DNA of 64,000 nucleotides from Vampirovibrionales bacterium (GCA_035285025.1 JAYKHY010000003.1:35533-99532), one strand, 5' to 3'; positions 9,870 through 19,754 are shown, counted from the stretch's first letter. The notes: generated from the letters alone by a model not told the origin. Numbers and translations: made by a program.

Positions 9870-12500
9870 ATGATTACCGATAAAAAACTACAAACAGCGG
9901 CAACGCAGCAAAAGCTGAGTGCCCCTAAAGCGCCTAGCGTTAAAAAAGAGACGCAGGTGACGGCGACGTTTGCCAATAACCAAGAAATCTCTCAAAAAGA
10001 CAGCGGTGACAAAGATAAAAACAAAGCCTCGCACGAGGTGGTGTTTAATATTGCGCGCGGCCAGGATGAAAAACTGGGCGCGGCCAAAGGCCAGACCCAG
10101 AGCGTCTCGGTGCAATTATCGAACCAGGAATCCCAGAAAATTCTGGAGTCTGCGGTCAAGATTAACCAATTGCAGTGGAACGATAACGAGAAAGAAACAG
10201 CGCGCGAATTTAAAAACGCTGGCGAGGGCTACCAAGCGGCTGCGCTAAGTAACGAAGATCGCAAAGCCATTTACAATGGCAACCGCAACGATTTTAAACT
10301 GACGGGTAAAAACAAAACCCTGATGAAAACGCTGGATACTGCGCTGGACGCCCTGACCAGCGACGATAAGCTGAACGATGACACGCTCAGCGAGCGCGAG
10401 CTTGACGTTATAGCAGCTTACATGAAGGTGCAAAAAGCGTACCTTGCACAAAACGGCCGCGAAGCTGCAATTGAAGCACAAACCCAAAAAGACCTGAGCG
10501 AAGCCAGCCTTGAGGTTAAAGACGCCACCACCGAAGCCACGGGCGAAGCCGTGGTGATTAACAAAGGCATGGATGTGGCCGTTAATGCTAATGGCAACGC
10601 TGTAGAAAAAGGCAACGTAGAGCTGAGCGTGTATAGCAAAGGCTCGGTTGTCAGTGGCGGAAAAAACACGGGCCTGCTGGTGACCAACGGCGATGGCGTG
10701 CAGTACGGCAAAAGCATGGATGGTAAAAACGCAGCCGAAGACGACGCCACGATGCAGATTGCCAGCAAGGAAGAAACCGATACCCTGGCGATTGACACCG
10801 CTACCAAGAATGGCATGGCCGTCGATCAAGATGCGATTCAAACGCTTACCGAGCTTCAGCAAACTCAGGCGGCTCTCCAAGAGCGAGTTGCGACACTCAG
10901 AGCCGACGGCGTAACACTCAGCGCTGAGGCCGAAAAAGCGGTTGCCGAAATGGAAGCCAAAATTGCAGAACAGCAACAGGACATTGCAGCGCGGACTCAA
11001 AAACTAGCCGAACAAAGCTACAGCTTTTTACGCAGCAAGGGCATTAACCTGGCCGAATCGATTTACGTTGCCAAAGATACCAATGGGCAAAATGGCGTCT
11101 CGGAGGCTGAAGCTCAAACACAGGTTACTGAGCTAGACCAGAAGCAACAGGCCAAGTTTTTAACCTCGGCAGAGGTGCAACGCAACAACACCGCAGCCAA
11201 ACAACAAAAGCAAGAAAACAGCACTTGGTATAATCAGGCAAAAAATATTGGCGATACCATGAGCTGGGCCGGCTTAGGCAGTTTAGGCCTTGTGGCCGTG
11301 GGTGCCGCACTAACGGCCACAGGCGTAGGTGCGCCCGCAGGTTTGGCCATAGCCGCCACTGGGTTGGGTTTGATTGGCTCTGCCGGTGCTGGCATACATT
11401 TGGCTGGTAAACTCGGCGAATTAAACGAGCGTGGTATTAAAACAACCAATGCCGGTGATGTGGCTACAATTGCATTGGATACCGTAGCATTATTGCCTGC
11501 AATTGGCTCCCTCACTAAGCTGAGACAAGTGGGTCAAGCAGGTACAGCAATGACTCAAGCATCGAAAACCACATCTCAGCTTATGCAAAGCGCCGACGAG
11601 TTATCTAGCACCGTTCAAACGCTTTCAAGCGGTGCAGATCATGCTCAGGATTTGAAAAATGTATTGCAACCATTTACGGTTGCAGATGAAGCTGCCAATA
11701 CGTTTAAAGGGGCCATTGCTTCGCCAGTCAACGGCACGCTAAGCAAAAATACTATTACTAGCCCTCTCACGCCCTTTACTGCAAGTTTAGATGAAACTGT
11801 TAATACATTTACTGGGGCCACAGTTCCACCCGTAAATGGTTCACCCTCTAGCACAATTAGTCACACAGTAACTTCTGCAATTGCTGACAATTCAGATGAG
11901 GTAATCAAAAATGCTGAAAACCCCATGCAAGCATTGGGGCATCAAACCTCATTCGCAAAATGGTCTAAAGCAGCAGATCAAATCAGCACTGCCAGCAATA
12001 CAGCTTCGACAGCAGCAAGTAACACCAACGAAGCGGTTAAAACGGCCAATAAATTCCAGTGGCTTAAAAACGCCGGAAAATCGCCCATTATTCAAAAACC
12101 ACTAGGGTTCGCAGATAGTCGTATTGCGCCAATGATACTTGGAGGCAAACCGTCTAACGTGTTACCTACTTTCATTAATACAACTCCCGGACAATATATC
12201 GATGAGTTTACTGCAGCGAGCAAAAATTTAGCCTCTAGTAGCACTGTTGCTCAGGCAAACGCCAGTCTATTCGATAAAGCTAAACATTTAGGTGGCAGCT
12301 ACTTCAGTAATTATAAAACGTTAGCTGATGAAACTAGCTTAGGAACACTTGCTAAAGTTCAAAGCTGGCGTGGCATTGAAAACATTTTGAGCGGTTTGAC
12401 GGAAGCTTCAGACCATACGAAAACAACTTCATTAGAAGAAAAACTATCAGAAATTCAAGCCCGAGAAACTGCAGAGACGCAATTACAGCCCACCAGCTAG
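9870..12500 (+). CDS. Large hypothetical protein with coiled coil and Gly/Ala-rich hydrophobic hairpin
   Basis: 876-aa ORF with AGGGAG RBS before ATG 9870. Central coiled coil, hydrophobic segment SWAGLGSLGLVAVGAALTATGVGAPAGLAIAATGLGLIG. Confidence 0.85.
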   Translation: MITDKKLQTAATQQKLSAPKAPSVKKETQVTATFANNQEISQKDSGDKDKNKASHEVVFNIARGQDEKLGAAKGQTQSVSVQLSNQESQKILESAVKINQLQWNDNEKETAREFKNAGEGYQAAALSNEDRKAIYNGNRNDFKLTGKNKTLMKTLDTALDALTSDDKLNDDTLSERELDVIAAYMKVQKAYLAQNGREAAIEAQTQKDLSEASLEVKDATTEATGEAVVINKGMDVAVNANGNAVEKGNVELSVYSKGSVVSGGKNTGLLVTNGDGVQYGKSMDGKNAAEDDATMQIASKEETDTLAIDTATKNGMAVDQDAIQTLTELQQTQAALQERVATLRADGVTLSAEAEKAVAEMEAKIAEQQQDIAARTQKLAEQSYSFLRSKGINLAESIYVAKDTNGQNGVSEAEAQTQVTELDQKQQAKFLTSAEVQRNNTAAKQQKQENSTWYNQAKNIGDTMSWAGLGSLGLVAVGAALTATGVGAPAGLAIAATGLGLIGSAGAGIHLAGKLGELNERGIKTTNAGDVATIALDTVALLPAIGSLTKLRQVGQAGTAMTQASKTTSQLMQSADELSSTVQTLSSGADHAQDLKNVLQPFTVADEAANTFKGAIASPVNGTLSKNTITSPLTPFTASLDETVNTFTGATVPPVNGSPSSTISHTVTSAIADNSDEVIKNAENPMQALGHQTSFAKWSKAADQISTASNTASTAASNTNEAVKTANKFQWLKNAGKSPIIQKPLGFADSRIAPMILGGKPSNVLPTFINTTPGQYIDEFTAASKNLASSSTVAQANASLFDKAKHLGGSYFSNYKTLADETSLGTLAKVQSWRGIENILSGLTEASDHTKTTSLEEKLSEIQARETAETQLQPTS

Positions 12501-13478
12501 GGTGACAAACACGTCTTCCAGGCTGGGCTCTATGGCCCGCAAACTATTTACCACAACGCCCTGCTTGGCCAAATCGTTGCGCAACCGCGCTTCCATCTCG
12601 GCTTCCGGGGCGTTTAGGTCAATGACCAAATGCAGGCTCTGGCCAAAGATCGTGACCTCATGCACGTAGGGCAAGGGCTTGATTTTGTTAAACGCCTGCA
12701 CCACGGGTTTGCAATACAGCTCGTAGCGGCGCTGGTTATGCGCCTGCACGGCGGGCAAATGCCGCAGCTCGTCGGGTTCGCCGCACACCAGTAATTTAGA
12801 ATTTGCAATATAGCCCACCCGCGTGCAGCGTTCGGCTTCGTCCATATAATGCGTGGTCACAAACAACGTAATGCCACCGCTAGCCAGGCTAAACAACAAA
12901 TCCCACAACTCACGCCGCGCCACCGGATCCATCGAGGCGGTGGGCTCATCCAGAAAAATAATGCTGGGCTCGTGTACCAACGCGCAAGCCAGGGCCAGCC
13001 GTTGCTTCCAGCCACCCGAAAGCTGCTTGGCCAGATACTTGGTATATTTTTCTATACCCACCAGCTCAATCACCGCCTCGTAACGCGCTTTGGCCCGCCG
13101 CCCCTGAACCCCGTACAAGTTTGCACTAAAGCTCAAATTTTCAAGCACAGTCAAATCTTCATAAAGGCTAAATTTCTGCGGCATGTAGCCAATCTGCTGA
13201 CGAATCCCCTCGGCGTGCTCGCTAACATTCAAGCCGCAAACCGTAGCAATGCCACTGGTCGGGCTTAACAGGCCGCACAGCATTTTAATTGTGGTCGATT
13301 TGCCCGAGCCGTTAGGCCCCAAAAACCCAAAAATTTCGCCGCGCTGAATGCACAAATCCAGATGATCCACCGCCACTTTTTGAGAAAATCGACGCGTCAA
13401 CCCCTCGGTCAAAATTGCGGGTTCTTGCGCGTCAATTAAATTGGCTAAATCGGGCAGGTCTGGTGTCGCCGTTTTCAT
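12483..13478 (-). CDS. ABC transporter ATP-binding protein (YbhF/DrrA-like)
   Basis: Walker A GPNGSGKST, signature LSGGWKQR, Walker B LDEPT, TTHYMDEAE, and C-terminal PSLEDVF. Confidence 0.93.
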   Translation of the reverse strand: MKTATPDLPDLANLIDAQEPAILTEGLTRRFSQKVAVDHLDLCIQRGEIFGFLGPNGSGKSTTIKMLCGLLSPTSGIATVCGLNVSEHAEGIRQQIGYMPQKFSLYEDLTVLENLSFSANLYGVQGRRAKARYEAVIELVGIEKYTKYLAKQLSGGWKQRLALACALVHEPSIIFLDEPTASMDPVARRELWDLLFSLASGGITLFVTTHYMDEAERCTRVGYIANSKLLVCGEPDELRHLPAVQAHNQRRYELYCKPVVQAFNKIKPLPYVHEVTIFGQSLHLVIDLNAPEAEMEARLRNDLAKQGVVVNSLRAIEPSLEDVFVTLAGGL

Positions 13479-13518
13479 GGTTGGTCAAGTCCGTTTAGCA
13501 TTGGCATCATCGCAAAAA

Positions 13519-14766
13519 TCAGGGCTCCAGAACCACTTTTACATCCAGCTTCATGCCGGGGCGCAAGCGCACCTTGGCCTTGGTATCCATCGCCGCCAGC
13601 AGTACCTTGACCCTAAAGTTGGATTCTTCCGAGAACGAAGCCCGACCGGAGCCCGACGGGACAAACTCGCTTTTAGGGCTAATAAACGCTATTTTGCCGT
13701 TAAAACGCGCTTTTGGGTAAACGCTGGCCGAAGCTTCAACTGGCATTTTGGGCTTCAGGCCACCCAGACTGGACTCCGGGACGTAAACATCGCTCCACAA
13801 GCGCTTAGTATCGATAATCGTAACCACTGGCCGGCCCGGCGGCACCAGCTCACCAGGCTTAGCATTAAGCACGGTAACCACGCCATCAATCGGTGCCTGC
13901 ACCGAAAGTTCATCAAGCTGATCGCGCACCGCTTGCAAGGCGCTTTGCGCTTTGTCAACATCGGCCTGCGCCATAATTAAATCCTCGGCCTGGCTGCCTT
14001 TAGCCAGTTTTTTATAGGCGGCTTGCGCGCTGTTAACCTGCGCACGCGCAATGGCAATCTCTTCGGACGAGGTGCCTTTTTTAAGCTGGTTTAACCGGGC
14101 CTGGGCTGCATCCAGCGCACTGCGAGTACCCTGTGCCTGGGCCCGCAACGAATCGAGCTTCTGAGACGAAATCACCCCCGAGGCCAGTAGTGATTCTCCT
14201 TTTTGCAAAGCGTCCTGGGCCAACTGGTTTTGCGCGCCTGCCTCTTGAACACTTGCCTGCGCCTGCTTAAGGGTATCTATGGTGCTTCCGCCTTTAAGCA
14301 GCTGGAGCTTTTCGCTCGCCTGTTGCACCTGAGATCTTGCCTGGCTTAAATCCTCGGGTTGCGCACCACGTTTAAGCAAGGTATAGCGCGCTTTAGCCTG
14401 CTCAAGTGTCGCTTCTGCTTCAATCACTTGCGCCGCCAGCGCATCGTCTTCAAACTCAATTAAAATCTGGCCCGCCTCAACGCTATCGCCCTCCTGAACC
14501 CAGATTTTACGCACGCGTCCGCCCAGCTTAGAGGCATTAGACACCTCTTGCGCCTGGACTAAACCGGGTAAATTAAGCACTACAGGGCGTGGCCAAAACA
14601 AAAACAGCAGTAAAACCGCTGTCGAAAGCACAATAAGCGTAGAATACAGCCGCTTGCGCGCGTAAAACGCGGCAGCCATCTGAGAAACCTGCTGCTGTAT
14701 GTTTTTTTGCCAATCGGATGCGGTAAAAACAAAACTCATAAACGTGTTTAAAATCCTGCAACGCAC
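13519..14766 (-). CDS. HlyD-family membrane fusion protein (start uncertain)
   Basis: N-terminal TM helix, GGRV…V-EGD-V-AGQ-L lipoyl-like half motif, long coiled coil, APIDGVV and ISPKSEF. Confidence 0.88.
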   Translation of the reverse strand: MRCRILNTFMSFVFTASDWQKNIQQQVSQMAAAFYARKRLYSTLIVLSTAVLLLFLFWPRPVVLNLPGLVQAQEVSNASKLGGRVRKIWVQEGDSVEAGQILIEFEDDALAAQVIEAEATLEQAKARYTLLKRGAQPEDLSQARSQVQQASEKLQLLKGGSTIDTLKQAQASVQEAGAQNQLAQDALQKGESLLASGVISSQKLDSLRAQAQGTRSALDAAQARLNQLKKGTSSEEIAIARAQVNSAQAAYKKLAKGSQAEDLIMAQADVDKAQSALQAVRDQLDELSVQAPIDGVVTVLNAKPGELVPPGRPVVTIIDTKRLWSDVYVPESSLGGLKPKMPVEASASVYPKARFNGKIAFISPKSEFVPSGSGRASFSEESNFRVKVLLAAMDTKAKVRLRPGMKLDVKVVLEP

Positions 14767-14949
14767 GATTTAAATCATTAAAACGCCGATAAAACCTTAC
14801 TCGAACGCAAAGCTTGTAAAAAAGCCTACCCTTCATCATACCGCAACTTCAAAATTGGCATCATTAAAGGATTCTTTAAATTTTTAAATGCTTTGCCCGT
14901 CTGCGGCGAGCTTTAAAAACCAACGCAGCAAGTTCATTCACCCGTATGT

Positions 14950-16002
14950 TTAATCCAAAAGCGCTTGCCATAGCGCAGATTCCTCTGCGGAGGCGTCGCC
15001 CATAAACAGGTTTTCGGGGTGCAGTTTTATGCCGTAAGCCTTTTGCACAGCCTGTTGCATTCGGGTCATCAGCTTTAACACATCGGTCGAGGTGCCATTG
15101 GCCACGTTGACAATAAAATTTGCGTGTTTGAGGCTGACGCGTACGCCGCCTTCGGTCCACGCTTTTGCGCCAAGCGCCTCGAGCATTTTGCCCGCGTAAT
15201 GAATTTTCGGCGTCTCAGCCCCCGCTACATCCAGTGGGCTGGTTTTAGACGGCTCGGCATTCAAGGGCTGGGGCAATGGTTTTTCAATAAAATTCCTGAA
15301 CACGCTGCCGCCGTTGGGCTCAATCGGATGGTGCGTCTGCCGAAACGTGCGATTAAACGCCATTCGCTCGGCAATGTCTGCGCTTTCGCCAGGCTCAAAA
15401 GCCAGCTCTGCGGCCAGCACCACGTATTTTTGCGGATCAATCGCACTGTGACGGTATTCAAACGCCAGCTTATCGTGCGGCCAAACTTGCAGCGCACGCG
15501 CGGGCAAGCTGTACACCCAGGCTTTTTGCACTAACGGCGCGGTTTCTTGCGCGCTTGCACCGGCGTTCATACGCACCGCCCCGCCCACCGTGCCCGGAAT
15601 CCCGACCATAAATTCCGCGCCCTTCAGGCCATGGTCCAGCGCTGTTTTTGAGACCTTCGCCAAATGAACGCCCGCCCCGAATTTAAACGCGCGCCGGCCA
15701 TCGGGCAGGCTTTGCGTAGGCTCTATACAGGTAAGTTTTCTGAAAATCACGCACGGCAAAGTAATCCCCGCGCTTGCAATGACGCTATTACTACCCCAGC
15801 CTAGTAAATTGAGCCTGGGCAAGGGGGGCTCGACCTCGCAGAACCAATCCAGCAAGCGCACCGCATCATCTAGATTCGTGGGCAAATACGCCTGACGAAT
15901 CGGCCCGCCCAGACGATACGTGCTGAATTGCGCACCGGTCCAGGTGGTGTAGGGCTGAATGGGGGGCGGCGGTAAAAACGGCATAGGCCCATGATATAGC
16001 AA
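14950..16002 (-). CDS. murB: UDP-N-acetylenolpyruvoylglucosamine reductase
   Basis: Motifs YRLGG, GWGSN, GIPGTVGGAVRMNAGA, FEYRHS, GSVFRN and VSLKHANFIVN. Confidence 0.95.
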   Translation of the reverse strand: MLYHGPMPFLPPPPIQPYTTWTGAQFSTYRLGGPIRQAYLPTNLDDAVRLLDWFCEVEPPLPRLNLLGWGSNSVIASAGITLPCVIFRKLTCIEPTQSLPDGRRAFKFGAGVHLAKVSKTALDHGLKGAEFMVGIPGTVGGAVRMNAGASAQETAPLVQKAWVYSLPARALQVWPHDKLAFEYRHSAIDPQKYVVLAAELAFEPGESADIAERMAFNRTFRQTHHPIEPNGGSVFRNFIEKPLPQPLNAEPSKTSPLDVAGAETPKIHYAGKMLEALGAKAWTEGGVRVSLKHANFIVNVANGTSTDVLKLMTRMQQAVQKAYGIKLHPENLFMGDASAEESALWQALLD

Positions 16003-16309
16003 ATTAGCCGTTGAGCGCGCGATCTAAAGCTGAAGGTATCGCGTCAAAACAAACGCCTTGATTTGCACATAAGCGGCGTCTAGGCAGCGCCAATTAACAT
16101 ATGAATGAGTCGTCTCATCCAGCAGCATTTTTTCAAGCAGCGGCGGTTTTTTACTCAAAAATTTATCATTTAAGAGTTAAGCGAGCACGCCCCCTGAATA
16201 AGGCGTTGTAACAAGTTGTATTAAAATTAATCGTCCTCTCGCACATTCAACTTTTGCCAAGTTTTGATAATAATAACGATGCAAGAGCTAAAAAAAATTA
16301 AAAACCGAT

Positions 16310-16337
16310 TTGCATTCAATGTTTTTTAAGCCATAAT
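16310..16337 (+). promoter_or_regulatory. Probable sigma70 promoter of tRNA-Asp
   Basis: TTGCAT-16 bp-CATAAT, preceded by an A-rich UP-like tract, about 40 bp upstream of the tRNA. Confidence 0.5.
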
Positions 16338-16376
16338 GCATAGCATCGACCCAAACGCAAAGCACTCTGGTTCACT

Positions 16377-16453
16377 GGGGTGGTAGTTCAGCTGGTTAGA
16401 ATACATGCCTGTCACGCATGAGGTCGCGGGTTCGAGCCCCGTCCACCCCGCCA
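16377..16453 (+). tRNA. tRNA-Asp(GTC)
   Basis: GGGGTGG acceptor stem pairs with CCACCCC. Anticodon arm CATGC-CTGTCAC-GCATG, T-loop GGTTCGAGCC, encoded CCA. Confidence 0.98.
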
Positions 16454-16521
16454 GTTTTTTACCGAGTGCTTTCTCTGCGAATCAACACGCGCCGTGTTCA
16501 GGCTTAAGAACGCGCCTAAAC

Positions 16522-16636
16522 ACGCCTGAGCGCCAGCGAGGTCAGCGTGTTTAGATCTAAAGCAAACGCCTGAGCGCCAGCGAGGTCAGCGTGTTTACAT
16601 CTAAAGCAAACGCCGCCTGTAGCAAACGCCGCCTGT
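16522..16636. repeat. 44-bp tandem duplication followed by a 16-bp tandem duplication
   Basis: ACGCCTGAGCGCCAGCGAGGTCAGCGTGTTTA(G/C)ATCTAAAGCAA at 16522 and 16566. AGCAAACGCCGCCTGT at 16605 and 16621. Confidence 0.93.
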
Positions 16637-16752
16637 GCAAACTTCCCTATCGAGCTTGAGCCATACAACGGCACAGTTCAGAAGCCAACATTAAGCCCTT
16701 TAAAGTCTGAGCATCTGAAATTCAAGCTTAATGCACAAGCAACTAGCCGCCC

Positions 16753-19509
16753 TTAAGGGCACAACACCGCCCGGATTTGTGCCATTGCCTGCGGCAACGC
16801 GCTTGCGTTTTTGCCGCCTGCCTGCGCGAGCGTAGGCTTGCCGCCGCCGCCGCCATCGCACAGTTGGGCCGCTTGCTTGACTAACTCGCCCGCCTTCCAG
16901 CCGCGCGCCTTAACGACGCTCTCGCTAATCGCGCAGGCAAACTGTACACGGTCTTGCTGCGCTAACGCCAAAAACAGCGCGTAATGTCGGCCCATCACCA
17001 GTGCCGCAGCCTCGCTCATCAGCTTGAGCAAATCGCCCGCGTTCGGTAAATCGGGCGAAAGCTCGGCAACGAGCAGCTTAGGCGTCTCAGGCGAATCGCC
17101 GGAACCGGCACCGCTTTTGGTCAAAAGCGCCTCAAGTTGCTGACGAGCCAGCGAGGCCGTTAAAGTCTCGGTCTGACGCCGCGCCAACTTGAGATCGTCC
17201 TGCAATTTTTCGATACGCTCTGAAAGAGCGCTTTTAGGCGCCTTTAGCAGATCTGCAATGCGCGATAATTCGGCAGATTCCTGACGGACATACCTTAGCG
17301 CCGCTTCGCCTGCCAGCATCTCGATTCGACGAACCCCGGCCGCAATCGCAGATTCTGAAACGATTTTGGCAAGCCCGATGTACCCCAGGCGCTCCAGATG
17401 CGTGCCGCCGCAAAGCTCGTGGCTAAACAGGCCGTAACGCACTACGCGCACAGAATCGCCATATTTTTCGCCGGCCATCATTACCGCGCCTTCAGCTTGG
17501 GCCTGCGCTATCGGCATCACCTGCACATCGCGCACCGGATCAGACTGAATCCAGTGGTTCATCAGCCATTCCACTTTTGCTAACTGCACCGGCGTCAACG
17601 CCGCTGCGGCGGTAAAATCGAATCGCGCCCCTTCAGGGGCGACCCGAGAACCCGCCTGCGCAACATCTGCGCCCAGCACCTGCTTAAGCGCTGCGTTAAG
17701 CAAGTGTGTTGCAGTGTGATGCACCGCCGCCGCGTGCCGCGCAACGGGTTCGACTTGCGCGACGAGGGATTCACCCACCCGCAAAGACGTGCCGTTATCG
17801 AACAGGCATTTATGAATCACCAGATCGCCAACTTTTTGGGCATCTTCCACCACCACCGTCAGGCCGTGGTGTCCTTCATCACGAATAAACGTGCCGCGGT
17901 CGCCCACCTGGCCGCCGCTTTCGGCATAAAACGGCGTTTCGGCTAAAACCGCCTCAAACGGCGTGTTCGTCCCAGAAACCTCGTCTACCGGCTCACCATC
18001 AAGCAGTAACGCCAATACCTGCGTCTTGCAGGTCAGCGTATCGTAGCCCACAAAGCGCGTCTCGGGGAGCGTTTCGGACAGTTCGGCATAAACCGGGCTT
18101 TCGACCATTGCGGTCGCCTTACGAGCGCCTCGGGCGCGCGTTTTTTGCGCGGCCATCGCCGCAGCAAAGCCGTCTGCATCCACGCTCAAGCCAAATTCAG
18201 CAACGGCGTCCTGCGTCATCTCAAGCGGAAAACCATACGTATCGTAAAGTTTAAACGCGTCCTCGCCTGCGATTGTTTGCTCACCGGCGTTTTTACAAGC
18301 GTCGATTAACGCTTCCAGATGCTTTTCTCCTCGCTCCAGGGTTTCGTTAAAGCGCGCTTCTTCTCGGGCAATCACCGGAGCCACCTTGGGCATCGCCGCC
18401 ATCAGTTCGGGGTAGGCCGGCGAAAGATGGGCCGCAACGCGCTCGGCAAATTCGGCAAGCAGGGGCGTCTGGCACCCCAGAACTCGGCGCGCAAAACGTG
18501 AGGCCCGCCGTAAAATCATACGCGCAATATAGCCACGCCCCTCGTTGCTTGGCGTCACGCCATCGGCCAGGGCCAATACTAAAAACCGCGTATGGTCTGC
18601 CACGATTTTTAGAGCCGTATCCGTTTGCGGCGATTGTCCGTAGGCCACGCCAACCCTTTGAGCCAACTGATGAATCAAGGGCAAAAACAAATCCGTCTCG
18701 AAGGTGTTTTTTGCCCCCTGAAGCACCAAGCTTATGCGCTCAAGCCCCATACCGGTATCCACGTTTTTTTGCGCAAGCGGCGTACGATGACCTTGGGCAT
18801 CCTGGAAGTATTCCATAAACACCAGGTTCCAAACCTCCAGGTAACGGGGCTGATCCAGATTGATTTCGCCCGACTCTGGGGTATACGGCGCATCAGGGGT
18901 ATCAGGGGTATCAGGGGTATCCAGAGCGTCAAGATCACCAAAATCAAAATAAATTTCGGAGCAAGGCCCGCAAGGACCTGTAGGGCCAGGCGGGCCCCAA
19001 AAGTTATCCTTCTCGCCGCAACGTACAACACGGCTTGCGGGGACCCCAACCTGTTGCGTCCAGATGTTAAAGGCTTCGTCGTCTGTCTCAAAAACGCTTA
19101 CCAGCAAGCGTTCTGCAGGCAAGCCCAAATCCTCGGTTAAAAACGTCCACGCCCAGGGGATCATCTCGGTTTTAAAGTAGTCGCCAAAGCTAAAATTGCC
19201 CAGCATTTCAAACAGCGTATGGTGGCCACGGGTTCGCCCCACCGAATCCAAATCGCTGGCCTTGCCGCTCACGCGCGCGCATTTTTGAATACTCAACAAC
19301 CTTGGCGGCTCGGGCGGCGATTGCAGCCCCAAAAAATACGGTACAAACGGCAGCATGCCCGCGGGCGTCAGCATCACGGTCGGGTTATTCACCGGAATCA
19401 GGCTTGCACTGGGCACGTGCGTGTGTGGCTTACCCAGCGAGGCCAGTTTTTGCGTAAAAAAGGCGACAAATTTATCGCGAATTTGCTGACTTGAAAGTGG
19501 GGTTATCAT
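16753..19509 (-). CDS. alaS: Alanine--tRNA ligase
   Basis: Motifs HHTLFEMLGNFSFGDYFK, GPCGPCSEI, WNLVFM, DTGMGLER, HHTATHLL, ELCGGTH and GGGGG…AQAGG. Confidence 0.99.
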   Translation of the reverse strand: MITPLSSQQIRDKFVAFFTQKLASLGKPHTHVPSASLIPVNNPTVMLTPAGMLPFVPYFLGLQSPPEPPRLLSIQKCARVSGKASDLDSVGRTRGHHTLFEMLGNFSFGDYFKTEMIPWAWTFLTEDLGLPAERLLVSVFETDDEAFNIWTQQVGVPASRVVRCGEKDNFWGPPGPTGPCGPCSEIYFDFGDLDALDTPDTPDTPDAPYTPESGEINLDQPRYLEVWNLVFMEYFQDAQGHRTPLAQKNVDTGMGLERISLVLQGAKNTFETDLFLPLIHQLAQRVGVAYGQSPQTDTALKIVADHTRFLVLALADGVTPSNEGRGYIARMILRRASRFARRVLGCQTPLLAEFAERVAAHLSPAYPELMAAMPKVAPVIAREEARFNETLERGEKHLEALIDACKNAGEQTIAGEDAFKLYDTYGFPLEMTQDAVAEFGLSVDADGFAAAMAAQKTRARGARKATAMVESPVYAELSETLPETRFVGYDTLTCKTQVLALLLDGEPVDEVSGTNTPFEAVLAETPFYAESGGQVGDRGTFIRDEGHHGLTVVVEDAQKVGDLVIHKCLFDNGTSLRVGESLVAQVEPVARHAAAVHHTATHLLNAALKQVLGADVAQAGSRVAPEGARFDFTAAAALTPVQLAKVEWLMNHWIQSDPVRDVQVMPIAQAQAEGAVMMAGEKYGDSVRVVRYGLFSHELCGGTHLERLGYIGLAKIVSESAIAAGVRRIEMLAGEAALRYVRQESAELSRIADLLKAPKSALSERIEKLQDDLKLARRQTETLTASLARQQLEALLTKSGAGSGDSPETPKLLVAELSPDLPNAGDLLKLMSEAAALVMGRHYALFLALAQQDRVQFACAISESVVKARGWKAGELVKQAAQLCDGGGGGKPTLAQAGGKNASALPQAMAQIRAVLCP

Positions 19510-19754
19510 GGCAGGGTGTCTCGATTTAAAGAGTTGCGTGACTCAATTTGTCTAAAAGGTGCAAGCAAATCAGCGTTTAATCAGGGCGTAATCGCCTCAA
19601 ATAACCTTTAGCACCACTGTTTTACGAGCATAAAGCTATGATTTGCATTTACAAATACTATACTAAACGCGGCTTAGTCCCGACAGAAGAAATTAACTTG
19701 AGGCAAATCAACTTCAGGTCAGGTTCTGTGCAAGGCCCTGACCTTAAAACACAC

